Origin: Lichenifustis flavocetrariae
GTDB lineage: Bacteria > Pseudomonadota > Alphaproteobacteria > Rhizobiales > Beijerinckiaceae
Assembly: GCF_026130545.1 (NCBI RefSeq)
Contig: NZ_JAMOIM010000008.1
Coordinates: 153,038 to 217,037 of the forward strand
DNA length: 64,000 bases
Reading direction: 5' to 3'
Part shown: positions 1-9,779 of the stretch, one piece after another
Layout of the letters: every line of letters begins with the position of its first letter
How positions within the stretch are numbered: position 1 is the first letter of the stretch
Made by a program: the position numbers and the translations under genes
Notes under the pieces: model-generated
Database searches by the model: none
The model's input: the letters and a program-made list of their open reading frames with translations, nothing else
Told to the model about the DNA's origin: nothing

Positions 1-113
1 CCTCTTTCGTGACCTGCGCGCGCGCTCAGGCTACCATACCGACCGCTTGGCGAAGTTCGAGGGAATTTGAGGTGCCGCATCCGGAAAACCCGTCGTCACC
101 GGCGTTCCCGATC

Positions 114-347
114 ATGTCACCGAGCCAGCCGGTCGACCTCGATCTGCGCCATCTGCGCTGCCCCATGCCCGTGCTCCTGACCCGCAAACGACTGGCCGCC
201 GTGCAGCCAGGTACGCTATTGCGTGTTCTCTGCACCGATCCGCTGGCGGGGATCGACATCCCGCATCTCCTTCGGCAATCCGGCGATGAGCTGATCGAAC
301 ATGATATCGATGGCGTGACGCAGGTCTTCGTCATTCGTAAGGCCTGA
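114..347 (+). CDS. TusA-like sulfurtransferase (CPxP motif protein)
   Basis: Within ORF 9..347, from the internal Met 'MSPSQPVDLDLRHLRCPMPVLL': canonical TusA Cys-Pro-x-Pro motif, ~77 aa as typical for the TusA/SirA family. Start codon choice is inferred. Confidence 0.65.
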   Translation: MSPSQPVDLDLRHLRCPMPVLLTRKRLAAVQPGTLLRVLCTDPLAGIDIPHLLRQSGDELIEHDIDGVTQVFVIRKA

Positions 348-366
348 CGCCCGTGACGTGAGGGCT

Positions 367-1050
367 TCAACTGCTTCGGCCGCTGGCCAGCATGGCGGCA
401 ATCGACGTGGCTTCGGCAATGTCCGAAGAACTGTTGAGATTGAAGAAGGGATCGTAGGAAGACTCCGGCCACTCGGCCTCGCCGACGCCAATCTCCTCCT
501 GAAACGCCATCACGCGCCGCACATCGCGCATGACGAGCGCATCCCGCAACGCCGATCGAACCGAAGGTGACCACAGCGCCACGACAGGGTGCGACCGGCC
601 CGCCGAAGTCGCACGGGCGATCCGAACGCCGCTCTCCTTGGCGGTCGCAGCCAGCCGCGCCGCGAGGTCGAACGGGATGAAGGGCGTGTCTCCTGGCACC
701 GTGAGAAGCCAATCGGATCGTGCTTGTGACGCAAGATACTCCAGGCCTGCCAAGACTCCCGCCAAAGGGCCCGCGTAGGATCCGTGAACGTCGGTGATCA
801 CGGCGAGACCCAAGGCCGCGAAACGACCAGGATCGCCATTGGCACTGATGGCTAGTTGCGCACACTGCGGCTTCAAGCGGTCGCGGAGGATCGACAAGGG
901 CGAGCCACCCGGTAGTGGAAGAAGCGTCTTGTCCTGGCCCCCCATTCGGCGCGACAAACCACCCGCGAGCAGGAGCCCGAAGGGGGGAGGGGCGGACGGT
1001 GAGGTCAGAGTCTCCCCACCGCGTCTTGGTGCTCTGGCCACATCGGGCAA
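367..1050 (-). CDS. mobA: Molybdenum cofactor guanylyltransferase MobA
   Basis: 'GLLLAGGLSRRMGGQDKTLLPL' is the MobA nucleotide-binding signature; length ~200 aa. The real start may lie downstream of the first Met, because the ORF overlaps the tsaA stop by 46 nt. Confidence 0.7.
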   Translation of the reverse strand: MPDVARAPRRGGETLTSPSAPPPFGLLLAGGLSRRMGGQDKTLLPLPGGSPLSILRDRLKPQCAQLAISANGDPGRFAALGLAVITDVHGSYAGPLAGVLAGLEYLASQARSDWLLTVPGDTPFIPFDLAARLAATAKESGVRIARATSAGRSHPVVALWSPSVRSALRDALVMRDVRRVMAFQEEIGVGEAEWPESSYDPFFNLNSSSDIAEATSIAAMLASGRSS

Positions 1051-1586
1051 TGCATCGGCTTGATGTCGATGAGCGGTGTGCCGTCAATGCAATCGAGACC
1101 GCGAACGACAAGCCCCTCCGCCTCGATCGACACAAGAGTGACGACCGACGACGAAATCGGGTTCGGCCGCATGGGCGAGCGAAGCGCGAAGGTGCCGAAC
1201 AATTCGCCCCGCGACTTCGGGTTCTGCATCACCAGGTCACGCCGGGCGAGGTGCATCCAGTAGAGGATTTCGAGATGCCTGAGCCGATGGAGACCCGCCA
1301 AGGCCTCGCGCCAGCGCGGATCCAACTCGACCCGGCAAAGCGGCCCAGTCTCGGCATCACCGCGTCTCGGACATTGGGACCGTTCCGACCAGGGTGTCCG
1401 CAGCCGCCCCAGAAAATACACGCTGGCGTCCGACGACGCCGGGAGGTCGGCGATTTGTTCGCCTGCCCGCAGATCGGAGTTGGCCGCCGTCACGGTAGGA
1501 ACTCCACGGCGCCCGGTGACCGCGTCAGCAGTCTTGGCGGCGCGCTGACCTGATCCAGGCGAAGGACACGCGGAGACTGGCCCCAC
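1005..1586 (-). CDS. tsaA: tRNA m6t6A37 methyltransferase TsaA (YaeB family)
   Basis: 'ILYWMHLARRDL', 'FALRSPMRPNPISSSVV' and 'GLDCIDGTPLIDIKP' match conserved TsaA/YaeB blocks. Start uncertain; the ORF overlaps the asmA 3' end. Confidence 0.6.
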   Translation of the reverse strand: MGPVSACPSPGSGQRAAKTADAVTGRRGVPTVTAANSDLRAGEQIADLPASSDASVYFLGRLRTPWSERSQCPRRGDAETGPLCRVELDPRWREALAGLHRLRHLEILYWMHLARRDLVMQNPKSRGELFGTFALRSPMRPNPISSSVVTLVSIEAEGLVVRGLDCIDGTPLIDIKPMHCPMWPEHQDAVGRL

Positions 1587-3280
1587 TGACCTGCGAAACT
1601 CGTCGTGACGACATCGCGCCCGGCCGCGAGAGCCTCGGGCGTCGCATCGGCCGTTGCGAGCGACATCGAGTGGTCGAGAAAGGAGATCTCACCCCGAAAC
1701 ACCCGCTCGAACGCGGGGCCGAGCAGCCGACCGTTTTCGATCTTGAGCAGCCCCTTGTCGACGTCGAGGTCCGCCGTCCCGAGATCGAATTGCTGAAGCG
1801 ATCCGAGCGGGCTCAGCACGGCTGTCCGCTCCTGGGTCGCGGAAAGATCCGCAATAGTCTGGAGCGGCGGTAGCGAACCCTGCCGGACGCTGATCTGGCC
1901 GTGGCCGGTTAAACTTTCGATCAGGGCTTTCGGACTGCCACCATGCGCGTCGCCTTGAAAATGGCCCGATGCGGAGCCCGTCAAGCCGCGGGGAGCCTTC
2001 GGCCCGGATAGAGGCTCGAGATCCAGTTGCGACATCGACAGATCGACTTTGAGATCCACAGCAGATGCCCCGAGACTGGCGACAGCGCGACCGCGAATGA
2101 GTCCGTCGAGACTGCGGGCTTCACTCAGGCTGATTTCAACCCGGCCGTCGCGGCACAGTGCCGAAAAGGCGGCGTCCTCGACGTCGATCGGTCCGAAAGT
2201 CGCGCGGTTCGCCGAGACCCGCAGATCGACGTCGTCCCACAAGGAAGCGTCGAGAGCCCAATGCTTGTCACTCCACCGACCGTCGCGGCTCCGTGCGTCG
2301 GGTAGGGTATCAAACGCATGGGTGAGGTCGAGCCGGTCGGTCGCGAAGGTCCCGGTCCAGGCACCATGGCCCTGGTTCGGTTGCCAGGCCAGGCTGCCTT
2401 CGAAATCGGTCTTGTCGAGCACGAGATGCGTGTCCGAGAACGTGAGGCTGTCCTGATTCGCAACGCCGCTCCCGCTGAAACTTGCTTCGCCCACGACCCT
2501 GCCGATCCCGGCCGGCAAGTCGTTTGACCGCAGCAGCGTCGCCAGCGAGGCCGTGGAGGCGGACACCTTGCCGTCGAAGCCCCCACGAATGCCGGCGTGC
2601 AACTGACCGTCGACAGACGCCGAGAGAAGCGGGAGATGCAGTCTCACGGACCCGGAGGTTTCGCGGCCAAGCAGGAAATCGAAGAATGGCGCGAGATGCG
2701 CCGACATCTCCACCCGCTGGCCACGCCACGTGCCATGGCCTGAAAGGGCCGCCACACCGTTGCGGTCGAGCCCTTCCACCACGGCGTTCAATCCGATCAG
2801 CAATCCGCTGGCAGCGGGATTGCTCGAACGCAGCGCGACCACGCCTGAAGACAGAACGATCCGCCCCGGAAAGGCATGTCCGAGGAGGGCAATGGCCGAT
2901 GACGCGGGCAGGCTCGACAAACGATCCTCATCGATCGAGGCCGTTGGCTCGCTGAGCCGCAATTGGCTGAAGCCCAGGCGGCCGGTCACCAGCGAGGTAA
3001 GGCTTTGCGTCGCTTCGAGCTGCGGGACGTCCAGCCGCACACCGTGCCCGTCGTCATTCAGGCTGATGTCGGTCATGACGATATGCGGGCGCGGAAACAA
3101 GCGAGCTTCGATGGGACCGCCGATCGTCACTCGTGATCCGAAGAGGCGTTGCAGGGCGTGAGGGGCTGATGCCGCCATCCTGCCTTCCAACCGCTTTACC
3201 TGTGCCAATGCCAGGACGGCAAAGGCCAATAAAGCCAGCAAGACAAGGGATCGCTTCACGCTGCCACGCCCGTTCACCAC
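1490..3280 (-). CDS. AsmA-family outer-membrane assembly protein
   Basis: N-terminal TM helix 'SLVLLALLAFAVLALA' followed by 'RLFGSRVTIGGPIEARLFPRPHIVMTDISL', typical of the AsmA N-domain; long beta-rich body ~600 aa. Confidence 0.6.
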   Translation of the reverse strand: MVNGRGSVKRSLVLLALLAFAVLALAQVKRLEGRMAASAPHALQRLFGSRVTIGGPIEARLFPRPHIVMTDISLNDDGHGVRLDVPQLEATQSLTSLVTGRLGFSQLRLSEPTASIDEDRLSSLPASSAIALLGHAFPGRIVLSSGVVALRSSNPAASGLLIGLNAVVEGLDRNGVAALSGHGTWRGQRVEMSAHLAPFFDFLLGRETSGSVRLHLPLLSASVDGQLHAGIRGGFDGKVSASTASLATLLRSNDLPAGIGRVVGEASFSGSGVANQDSLTFSDTHLVLDKTDFEGSLAWQPNQGHGAWTGTFATDRLDLTHAFDTLPDARSRDGRWSDKHWALDASLWDDVDLRVSANRATFGPIDVEDAAFSALCRDGRVEISLSEARSLDGLIRGRAVASLGASAVDLKVDLSMSQLDLEPLSGPKAPRGLTGSASGHFQGDAHGGSPKALIESLTGHGQISVRQGSLPPLQTIADLSATQERTAVLSPLGSLQQFDLGTADLDVDKGLLKIENGRLLGPAFERVFRGEISFLDHSMSLATADATPEALAAGRDVVTTSFAGQWGQSPRVLRLDQVSAPPRLLTRSPGAVEFLP

Positions 3281-3632
3281 TCTGGATTGACTTTCGCGAC
3301 GCCGCTTGAGCGTTCCAACGCCTGCTATTGCGGAGCATTTATGACAATTGCATGGGCACCGGTCTACCGTCAGGTGCGTGGACTCGGCTCCAAAACCACA
3401 TGGTTAATGAAGTATCAACCCTGTGACTGCAGGATCACGCCTAGCAAATCGACGCGGCGCCAGAGAGAAAACGCCTTAAAAAGGTCGTACTGGACCCGCT
3501 CTTGTGATTGCGTGCTGGCAGTTGTTTTGGGTCTTGAAGGCAACAGCAAGTCCCGAATTTTATTGCCGAAATGTCGTCAGTCCGTCCGAGGCGGGTCCTC
3601 TGGACTTGCTCATATAATTTGGAGCGCGGTTA

Positions 3633-4958
3633 GTGATTCACGTTGCTTTGCTGGGTCGGTCCGGAACACGGGCGTCGCACAGGTTAGCCCTGATGCTGAG
3701 CCTTTCGGCTGTTGCGCTGGCGCTGGGCGGCGGGCTCGCCAGAGCCGGAGACGACGATCAGGGTAACGCATCGTCACAAGCTGAATGGGCTCAGAAATAC
3801 GACTCGGATCCTCGACTCGAAGTGAAGCGATCCTCGACCCCGACGCTGTCGCCACAGACGGTCGCCGCTACAGAACAGGCCGTGCAAACCTACCAGGACA
3901 TCGTGTCGCGAGGTGGCTGGACTCCGGTCCAAGCGCCCGCCAACCTGCATGTCGGCTCGAAGGGACCGGCCGTGGCAGCCCTTCGCCAACGGCTCGCCTT
4001 GTCGGGTGATCTCGACAAGGAGGCCGGAATGTCTCCCGTCTTCGATACGTTCGTGGAAGCCGCCGTCAAAAGATTCCAGGCACGCCACGGCATCGGTCAG
4101 ACTGGCGTTGTTTCTGCCGCGACACTTGCCGAAATGAATGTGCCGGCCGAAACTCGGCTGAAGCAGCTCGAAACCAACCTCGTTCGCTTGCGATCGTTCT
4201 CAGCCAATCTGGGCGATCGTTTCGTTATGGCCAATATTCCGGCCGCGATGGTCGAGACGGTCGAAAACGGGGTTGTGTTCAGCCATCATGCGGCTGGTGT
4301 GGGCAAGATCGACCGGCAGTCTCCAGTGATGCAGACAAAGGCGATCGACATCAACTTCAACCCCTTCTGGACGGTCCCTGCCTCGATCATCCGCAAGGAT
4401 CTGATCCCCAAGATGCAGGCTGATCCGACGTATCTGACGTCGAACCACATCAGGACCTACAACAAGGACGGGCAGGAGGTTTCTCCCTCGACGATCAACT
4501 GGAACTCGCTCGAGGCCACGAATTACAAGTTCCGCGAAGACCCCAGTGTCGAGAATTCGCTCGGTGTCGTCCGCATCAACATTGCCAATCCCTATGGCGT
4601 GTATATGCACGATACGCCCACGAAGGGCGTTTTTGGCGACGATTTCCGCTTCGTGTCGTCCGGCTGCATCCGCGTCCAGAACGTCCGGGATTACGTTGCG
4701 TGGTTGCTCAGGGACAATCCGGGTTGGGATCGCGCCCATATCGACGAGGCGATTCGCTCTGGAGAACGCATCGACGTGAAGTTGACGCAGCCGGTCCCGG
4801 TCTATTGGGTTTACATCACAGCTTGGGCGACCCCAGACGGGGTCGTGCAGTTCCGCGATGATATCTACCAGCGTGATGGCTTTGGCACCGTGACGGCCGC
4901 GAATGTGACCTCCGACGACCAGAACAACGCCGTCGAACCGGCGATCTCGCAGGAATAG
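3633..4958 (+). CDS. L,D-transpeptidase (YcbB/ErfK/YkuD family) with peptidoglycan-binding domain
   Basis: Signal peptide; PG-binding-like 'GSKGPAVAALRQRLALSGDL...FVEAAVKRFQARHGIGQTGVV'; catalytic 'YMHDTPTKGVFGDDFRFVSSGCIRV' (YkuD His/Cys motif). Confidence 0.75.
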   Translation: MIHVALLGRSGTRASHRLALMLSLSAVALALGGGLARAGDDDQGNASSQAEWAQKYDSDPRLEVKRSSTPTLSPQTVAATEQAVQTYQDIVSRGGWTPVQAPANLHVGSKGPAVAALRQRLALSGDLDKEAGMSPVFDTFVEAAVKRFQARHGIGQTGVVSAATLAEMNVPAETRLKQLETNLVRLRSFSANLGDRFVMANIPAAMVETVENGVVFSHHAAGVGKIDRQSPVMQTKAIDINFNPFWTVPASIIRKDLIPKMQADPTYLTSNHIRTYNKDGQEVSPSTINWNSLEATNYKFREDPSVENSLGVVRINIANPYGVYMHDTPTKGVFGDDFRFVSSGCIRVQNVRDYVAWLLRDNPGWDRAHIDEAIRSGERIDVKLTQPVPVYWVYITAWATPDGVVQFRDDIYQRDGFGTVTAANVTSDDQNNAVEPAISQE

Positions 4959-5083
4959 GTCGCCCCCGCGACACGGGAGGGCGCCGGGCGAGCTTCCCTG
5001 GCCTCGGGACTGCATGTTAAGAACATTGGAACCGGCACGCTTCGGCGTGCCGTTTTCTTTTTCTCTGCTGATAAGAGGGCGAC

Positions 5084-6400
5084 ATGACCGATCTGGCCTT
5101 TGCCGAGCCGAAGCAGCGCGAATCGCGCCTGTCCAACAGCTTCTTCGGTGCGGGTCTCGCGTCGACCGATCCCGAGATCGCGCAGGCGATCGCCTCGGAG
5201 TTGGGGCGGCAGCGCGATGAAATCGAACTCATCGCCTCGGAAAACATCGTGTCGCGCGCCGTGCTCGAAGCGCAGGGCTCGGTGATGACCAACAAATATG
5301 CCGAAGGCTACCCGGGCCGGCGCTACTATGGCGGCTGTCAGTTCGTCGACATTGCCGAGGATCTCGCGATCAAGCGCGCCAAGGCGCTGTTCGGCTGCGG
5401 TTTCGCCAACGTCCAGGCTAATTCTGGCAGCCAAGCCAACCAGGCCGTGTTTCTCGCGCTGATGCAGCCGGGCGACACGTTCATGGGCCTCGACCTCGCC
5501 GCAGGCGGGCACCTGACGCACGGATCGCCGGTCAATATGTCGGGTCGCTGGTTCAAGCCGGTCCCCTATACGGTCGACCGCGAGACACATCTGGTCGACA
5601 TGGACACCCTGGCCGCGACGGCGCGCGAGCACCGGCCGAAGATCATCATCGCGGGCGGATCGGCCTATTCGCGGCATTGGGACTTCGCCCGCTTCCGCGA
5701 GATCGCCGACGAGGTGGGCGCCACTTTCTTGGTCGATATCGCGCATTTCGCCGGACTGGTGGCCGGCGGCGCGCATCCCTCGCCGTTCCCGCACGCCCAT
5801 GTGGTGACCTCGACCACGCACAAGACGCTGCGCGGCCCGCGCGGCGGATTGATTCTCACCAACGATGAGGCGCTGGCCAAAAAGATCAACTCGGCCATCT
5901 TCCCGGGCCTGCAAGGTGGCCCACTGATGCATGTGATCGCCGCCAAGGCGGTTGCGTTCGGGGAGGCCCTGACGCCTGACTTCAAGACCTATGCCCAACA
6001 GGTTGTGGATAATGCAAAGGCGCTTGCCGATGCCGTCGTGGCGGGCGGCTTCGCCATCGTGTCGGGCGGCACCGACAATCACCTGATGCTTGTCGATCTG
6101 CGCTCAAAGAAACTGACCGGAAAGGCCGCCGAGATCGCTCTTGGGCGGGCCCATATCACCTGCAACAAGAATGGCGTCCCGTTCGATCCGGAGAAGCCGG
6201 CCATCACGTCGGGCATACGTCTCGGGTCGCCAGCGGCGACGTCGCGCGGGTTCGGCACGGCTGAGTTCAAGGAAGTCGGCCGGCTGGTCGTCAAGGTTCT
6301 CGACGGTCTGGCGCAGCACGGCGAAGACGGCAATGGCGCCGTGGAGTCCGAGGTCAAGGACGAAGTGTCTGCCCTGACCCGGCGTTTCCCGATCTACTGA
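5084..6400 (+). CDS. glyA: Serine hydroxymethyltransferase
   Basis: Full-length SHMT: '[37 protein letters not shown]' and the PLP lysine region '[16 protein letters not shown]'. Confidence 0.95.
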   Translation: MTDLAFAEPKQRESRLSNSFFGAGLASTDPEIAQAIASELGRQRDEIELIASENIVSRAVLEAQGSVMTNKYAEGYPGRRYYGGCQFVDIAEDLAIKRAKALFGCGFANVQANSGSQANQAVFLALMQPGDTFMGLDLAAGGHLTHGSPVNMSGRWFKPVPYTVDRETHLVDMDTLAATAREHRPKIIIAGGSAYSRHWDFARFREIADEVGATFLVDIAHFAGLVAGGAHPSPFPHAHVVTSTTHKTLRGPRGGLILTNDEALAKKINSAIFPGLQGGPLMHVIAAKAVAFGEALTPDFKTYAQQVVDNAKALADAVVAGGFAIVSGGTDNHLMLVDLRSKKLTGKAAEIALGRAHITCNKNGVPFDPEKPAITSGIRLGSPAATSRGFGTAEFKEVGRLVVKVLDGLAQHGEDGNGAVESEVKDEVSALTRRFPIY

Positions 6401-6403
6401 ACC

Positions 6404-7537
6404 ATGGCAGGCGGCGGGGACCTCGCCGAGCACACGCGCTGGATGCGAGCGGCCCTGGCCCTCGGCAGGCGTTCCATGGGCTTGGCCGCTCCCAATCCGG
6501 CGGTCGGCGCCATTGTGGTCAAGAACGGCATCGTTCTTGGCCGTGGCGTGACGGCTCCCGGGGGACGACCGCATGCCGAGCCCCAGGCTCTTGCCGAAGC
6601 CGGTGTCGCAGCCAGGGGTGCGACCCTCTACGTTACGCTGGAGCCCTGCAATCACCACGGTCGCACGCCGCCCTGCACGGAGGCCGTGCTCGAAGCCGGG
6701 ATCGCGCGCGTGGTCTTCGGCTTGCGTGACCCGGACCCGCGTGTCGCCGGGAGCGGCCTCGAACGCCTGCATCACCATGGTGTGGCCGTCATCGGGCCGG
6801 TTGCCGAAGATGAGGCACGTCGAGATCATCTGGGGCATCGGCGGCGCGTAAGGAAAGGACGGCCGGCCATTACGGTCAAGATGGCCGAAACAGCCGACGG
6901 GTTCGCGGGCGACGGCCCGGGCGCCGGGCGCCTCCTCATCACGGATGCGGACGCCAACCGCGCTGTTCATCGGCTTCGAGCCCTGAGCGATGTCGTGATG
7001 GTCGGCAGCGGGACGGCTTTGTCCGACGATCCCCTCCTGACGGTGCGGCTGCCGGGTGTCGCGCGCAGGCCGGTTCGTCTTGTGCTCGACACGCATCTGC
7101 GGTTGCCGGAACAAAGCGCCTTGATCCGCAGCATCTCAGCAGCCCCGCTTATCATCGCGACGGCCGAGGAGACCGAGCCGGAGCGGATCGAGCGCCTGGA
7201 GGCTCTCGGCGCGACCATCATGCGGGTAGGGTCCGATCGGGGTCGTCTTGCCTTCGGCGACCTCTTCTCTCAGCTCGTCCAGCGCGGCTTCACACGTGTG
7301 TTGTGTGAGGGCGGCCCAACTCTCGCTTCGGCCCTGATCGGGGAGGAGTGGGCCGATGGCATCATTCTCATCACTTCCGATCGCCGCCTTGACCGGAATG
7401 GCATCCCTTCAGTCACGCCCGATGCTCGCGATGCCTTGGCCGATCCCGCGACATTCGCGTTGCACAAAGATGTCCGGCGCGGGGCCGACCGGTTCCGCTG
7501 TTACGAAAGGATCGAAAACCCATGTTCACCGGATTAG
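6404..7537 (+). CDS. ribD: Bifunctional riboflavin biosynthesis deaminase/reductase RibD
   Basis: Cytidine/dCMP deaminase zinc motif 'HAE...LEPCNHHGRTPPCTEA' plus C-terminal RibD reductase domain; immediately follows glyA, as usual in alphaproteobacteria. Confidence 0.9.
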   Translation: MAGGGDLAEHTRWMRAALALGRRSMGLAAPNPAVGAIVVKNGIVLGRGVTAPGGRPHAEPQALAEAGVAARGATLYVTLEPCNHHGRTPPCTEAVLEAGIARVVFGLRDPDPRVAGSGLERLHHHGVAVIGPVAEDEARRDHLGHRRRVRKGRPAITVKMAETADGFAGDGPGAGRLLITDADANRAVHRLRALSDVVMVGSGTALSDDPLLTVRLPGVARRPVRLVLDTHLRLPEQSALIRSISAAPLIIATAEETEPERIERLEALGATIMRVGSDRGRLAFGDLFSQLVQRGFTRVLCEGGPTLASALIGEEWADGIILITSDRRLDRNGIPSVTPDARDALADPATFALHKDVRRGADRFRCYERIENPCSPD

Positions 7538-8160
7538 TCAGTGATGTCGGCGAAGTGGTCGCTGTCGAAGTCCGGAACGACATCCGGCGTCTGCGCATCG
7601 CCTGTCATTATCCGGCTGAGGGCATTGCGCTCGGCGCCTCGATCGCCTGCTCGGGCCCTTGCCTGACTGTCGTCGGTGTGGGTACGGCCGAGGGGCGGAC
7701 ATGGTTCGATATCGACGCGGCCTGGGAGACGCTCGACAGAACGACGCTCGGGGCGTGGGGAGCGGGCCAAAAAATCAACCTGGAACGATCCCTCAAGGTG
7801 GGCGACGAACTTGGCGGGCATCTGGTCTCGGGTCACGTCGACGGTATCGCGACGATCCTCGATCGTGAGGACCTGGGCAGCACCACCCGATTTACCCTCG
7901 AAGCGCCCCGACACCTGGCGCGGTTCATCGCTGAGAAGGGCTCGGTCGCTCTCGACGGCACGTCGCTGACCGTCAATTCCGTCGAGGATTCGCGTTTCAC
8001 GGTTCTGCTCATCCCTCATTCGCTCGAAGTCACGACGTGGGACGCCCGGCAGAAGGGAGATCGTGTCAACATCGAGATCGACACAATGGCCCGCTACGCG
8101 GCCCGCCTGGCCGAGACGGCAGACTGGGATGCACCGGACCGTCAAGGCAAGGGCGCCTAA
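7522..8160 (+). CDS. ribE: Riboflavin synthase alpha subunit
   Basis: 'MFTGLVSDVGEVVAV' N-terminus and an internal duplicated lumazine-binding repeat; overlaps the ribD stop by 16 nt. Confidence 0.9.
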   Translation: MFTGLVSDVGEVVAVEVRNDIRRLRIACHYPAEGIALGASIACSGPCLTVVGVGTAEGRTWFDIDAAWETLDRTTLGAWGAGQKINLERSLKVGDELGGHLVSGHVDGIATILDREDLGSTTRFTLEAPRHLARFIAEKGSVALDGTSLTVNSVEDSRFTVLLIPHSLEVTTWDARQKGDRVNIEIDTMARYAARLAETADWDAPDRQGKGA

Positions 8161-8178
8161 GGCGCTGCGGAGGGCACG

Positions 8179-8691
8179 TTGCACAACCACTTTCGCATGA
8201 TGGCCGCCTACAATGCTTGGGCCAACGACAGGCTGTATGCCGCCGCAGCAGCGCTGTCGAATGTCGACTACAGGGCGGATCGCGGCGCCTTCTTCAAATC
8301 CGTGCACGGGACGTTCAATCATCTGCTCGTCACCGATCGCATCTGGATGCGTCGTTTTACGGAGATCGGGCCTCAGCCGATCAGGCTCGACGAGATCCTC
8401 TTCGACGACCTGGCTGGGCTGCGTCCGGCGCGGGACGCTGAAGACCGGCGCATTGCAGCCTATGTCGATACGCTACAGGCGCTGGATCTCGACCGCGTCA
8501 TTCGTTACACGCGTGCTTCGACGCCCGAACCGATCGAGCAGCGGCTCGCGCCGGCTTTGGCGCACCTGTTCAACCACCAGACGCATCATCGTGGACAGGT
8601 CCATGCGGTTTTGACCGGCCTGACCGGAAAGGCGCCGGAACTCGATCTGCTGTTCTTCCAGCGCACACCCGCGGGCCGAAGCTTCGGCTGA
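8179..8691 (+). CDS. DinB/YfiT-family damage-inducible metal-dependent protein
   Basis: 'MMAAYNAWANDRLY...HLFNHQTHHRGQVHAVLTGL': DinB_2 His-triad pattern. Confidence 0.65.
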   Translation: MHNHFRMMAAYNAWANDRLYAAAAALSNVDYRADRGAFFKSVHGTFNHLLVTDRIWMRRFTEIGPQPIRLDEILFDDLAGLRPARDAEDRRIAAYVDTLQALDLDRVIRYTRASTPEPIEQRLAPALAHLFNHQTHHRGQVHAVLTGLTGKAPELDLLFFQRTPAGRSFG

Positions 8692-8808
8692 TGCAGGGGT
8701 GCTTTGTGCAGCCCTTGCTTGCACGCCTCACAGGCGGGCTCTATTGACGGAACCCGAAGCGCGAGACCCAAAGGTCCCGGTCGCCCTCCTGTTCCGAGCA
8801 TCCCGCCC

Positions 8809-9291
8809 ATGGCTGAACCAAGCCGCACCCCATCGACGACTCAACATCCACGGCTGCAGGCCCACGTCCTGATCGTCGAGGCACGGTTCTATGATGCGAT
8901 CATGGACCAGCTACTCCAAGGCGCGACCGAGGCTCTGGAAGCCGCTGGCGTGAGCTACGATGTCGTGACCGTGCCGGGAGCCTTGGAAATTCCCGGTGCC
9001 GTGGCGATCGCCTATGACGCGGCAGGCCCCGCCTATGACGCCGTCGTGGCGCTCGGTTGCATCATCCGAGGTGAAACCTATCATTTCGAAATCGTCGCAA
9101 ATGAGAGCGCCCGAGGCCTGACCGATTTCGGCATGGCGCATGCCTTCCCGATCGGCAATGCCATCCTGACGGTCGAGACCGAGGAGCAGGCCGTGGTGCG
9201 GGCCGATCCCGCCCGAGGCAACAAGGGTGGCGAGGCGGCCGAGGCAGCGCTCGCTTTGCTGCGCCTCAAACGCCTGATGGGTACCCGGTAA
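8809..9291 (+). CDS. ribH: 6,7-dimethyl-8-ribityllumazine synthase
   Basis: From the internal Met 'MAEPSR': '[21 protein letters not shown]...[12 protein letters not shown]...[17 protein letters not shown]' is typical RibH. The 5' part of ORF 8704..9291 is probably not translated. Confidence 0.85.
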   Translation: MAEPSRTPSTTQHPRLQAHVLIVEARFYDAIMDQLLQGATEALEAAGVSYDVVTVPGALEIPGAVAIAYDAAGPAYDAVVALGCIIRGETYHFEIVANESARGLTDFGMAHAFPIGNAILTVETEEQAVVRADPARGNKGGEAAEAALALLRLKRLMGTR

Positions 9292-9764
9292 TGTCGCGCC
9301 CCGATCAACGCTCGGCCGCTCGCCTCGCGGCCGTACAGGCGCTCTACCAGATGGACCTCGCCGGAACGGGGCTGAACGACATCCTGGCGGAGTTCGAAGC
9401 GCATTGGATCGGCCAGGAGGTCGAGGGCGATCAGTACAAGCCCGCCGATATCGCGCTATTCCGAGACATCTTGCACGGTGTCCTCGAGCACCAGCGCGTA
9501 CTCGACGTAATGGTGAACGAAGGGCTGCAGAGCGGCTGGCCGCTCGCGCGTGTCGAGAACATTCTTCGGGCGATCCTGCGGGGCGGCGCCTATGAATTGC
9601 GGCAGCGAGGGGATATTCCGGCGCGTGTCGTGATTAAGGAATATACCGATGTCGGCGGCGCCTTCTTCGGCCGTGACGAGGTCGGAATGGTCAATGCCGT
9701 CCTCGACGGCCTCGCGCACCGGCTGCGGCCGGATGAGTTCGACGTGAAGGCGAAGATAGGCTGA
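9291..9764 (+). CDS. nusB: Transcription antitermination factor NusB
   Basis: 'RSAARLAAVQALYQMDL' is the NusB N-terminus; ATGA overlap with ribH, as in the conserved ribH-nusB pair. Confidence 0.9.
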   Translation: MSRPDQRSAARLAAVQALYQMDLAGTGLNDILAEFEAHWIGQEVEGDQYKPADIALFRDILHGVLEHQRVLDVMVNEGLQSGWPLARVENILRAILRGGAYELRQRGDIPARVVIKEYTDVGGAFFGRDEVGMVNAVLDGLAHRLRPDEFDVKAKIG

Positions 9765-9779
9765 GAGTGGGGGGCACGG

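Noticed and set aside
26-1135. 369-aa minus-strand ORF spanning the tusA/mobA region
   Set aside because: It overlaps two well-supported genes (TusA-like, MobA) in other frames. Its Arg/Ser/Cys-rich composition is typical of spurious ORFs in high-GC DNA.
3281-3632. ORF 3287..3766 (159 aa) in the asmA / L,D-transpeptidase divergent intergenic region
   Set aside because: Cys/Arg-rich, no family features, and it overlaps the L,D-transpeptidase signal-peptide region. More plausibly this is a divergent promoter region.
4959-5083. Possible ZTP (pfl) riboswitch upstream of glyA
   Set aside because: glyA is a frequent ZTP-riboswitch target, but I could not find the conserved 'GGGUCGUGAC' 5' block or the 3' 'CCGCCUGGGC' pseudoknot element in this 125-nt leader. 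It would need a covariance-model scan to exclude fully.
6400-6404. FMN riboswitch in the riboflavin cluster
   Set aside because: ribD starts 3 nt after glyA and ribH/ribE have no sufficiently long structured leader. No FMN-element consensus (e.g. 'GGAUGGU...CCGAC') was seen.
4865-7114. Long minus-strand ORFs (4865..6082, 6104..7114) antisense to glyA and ribD
   Set aside because: Antisense to unambiguous housekeeping genes; high-GC frame artefacts.
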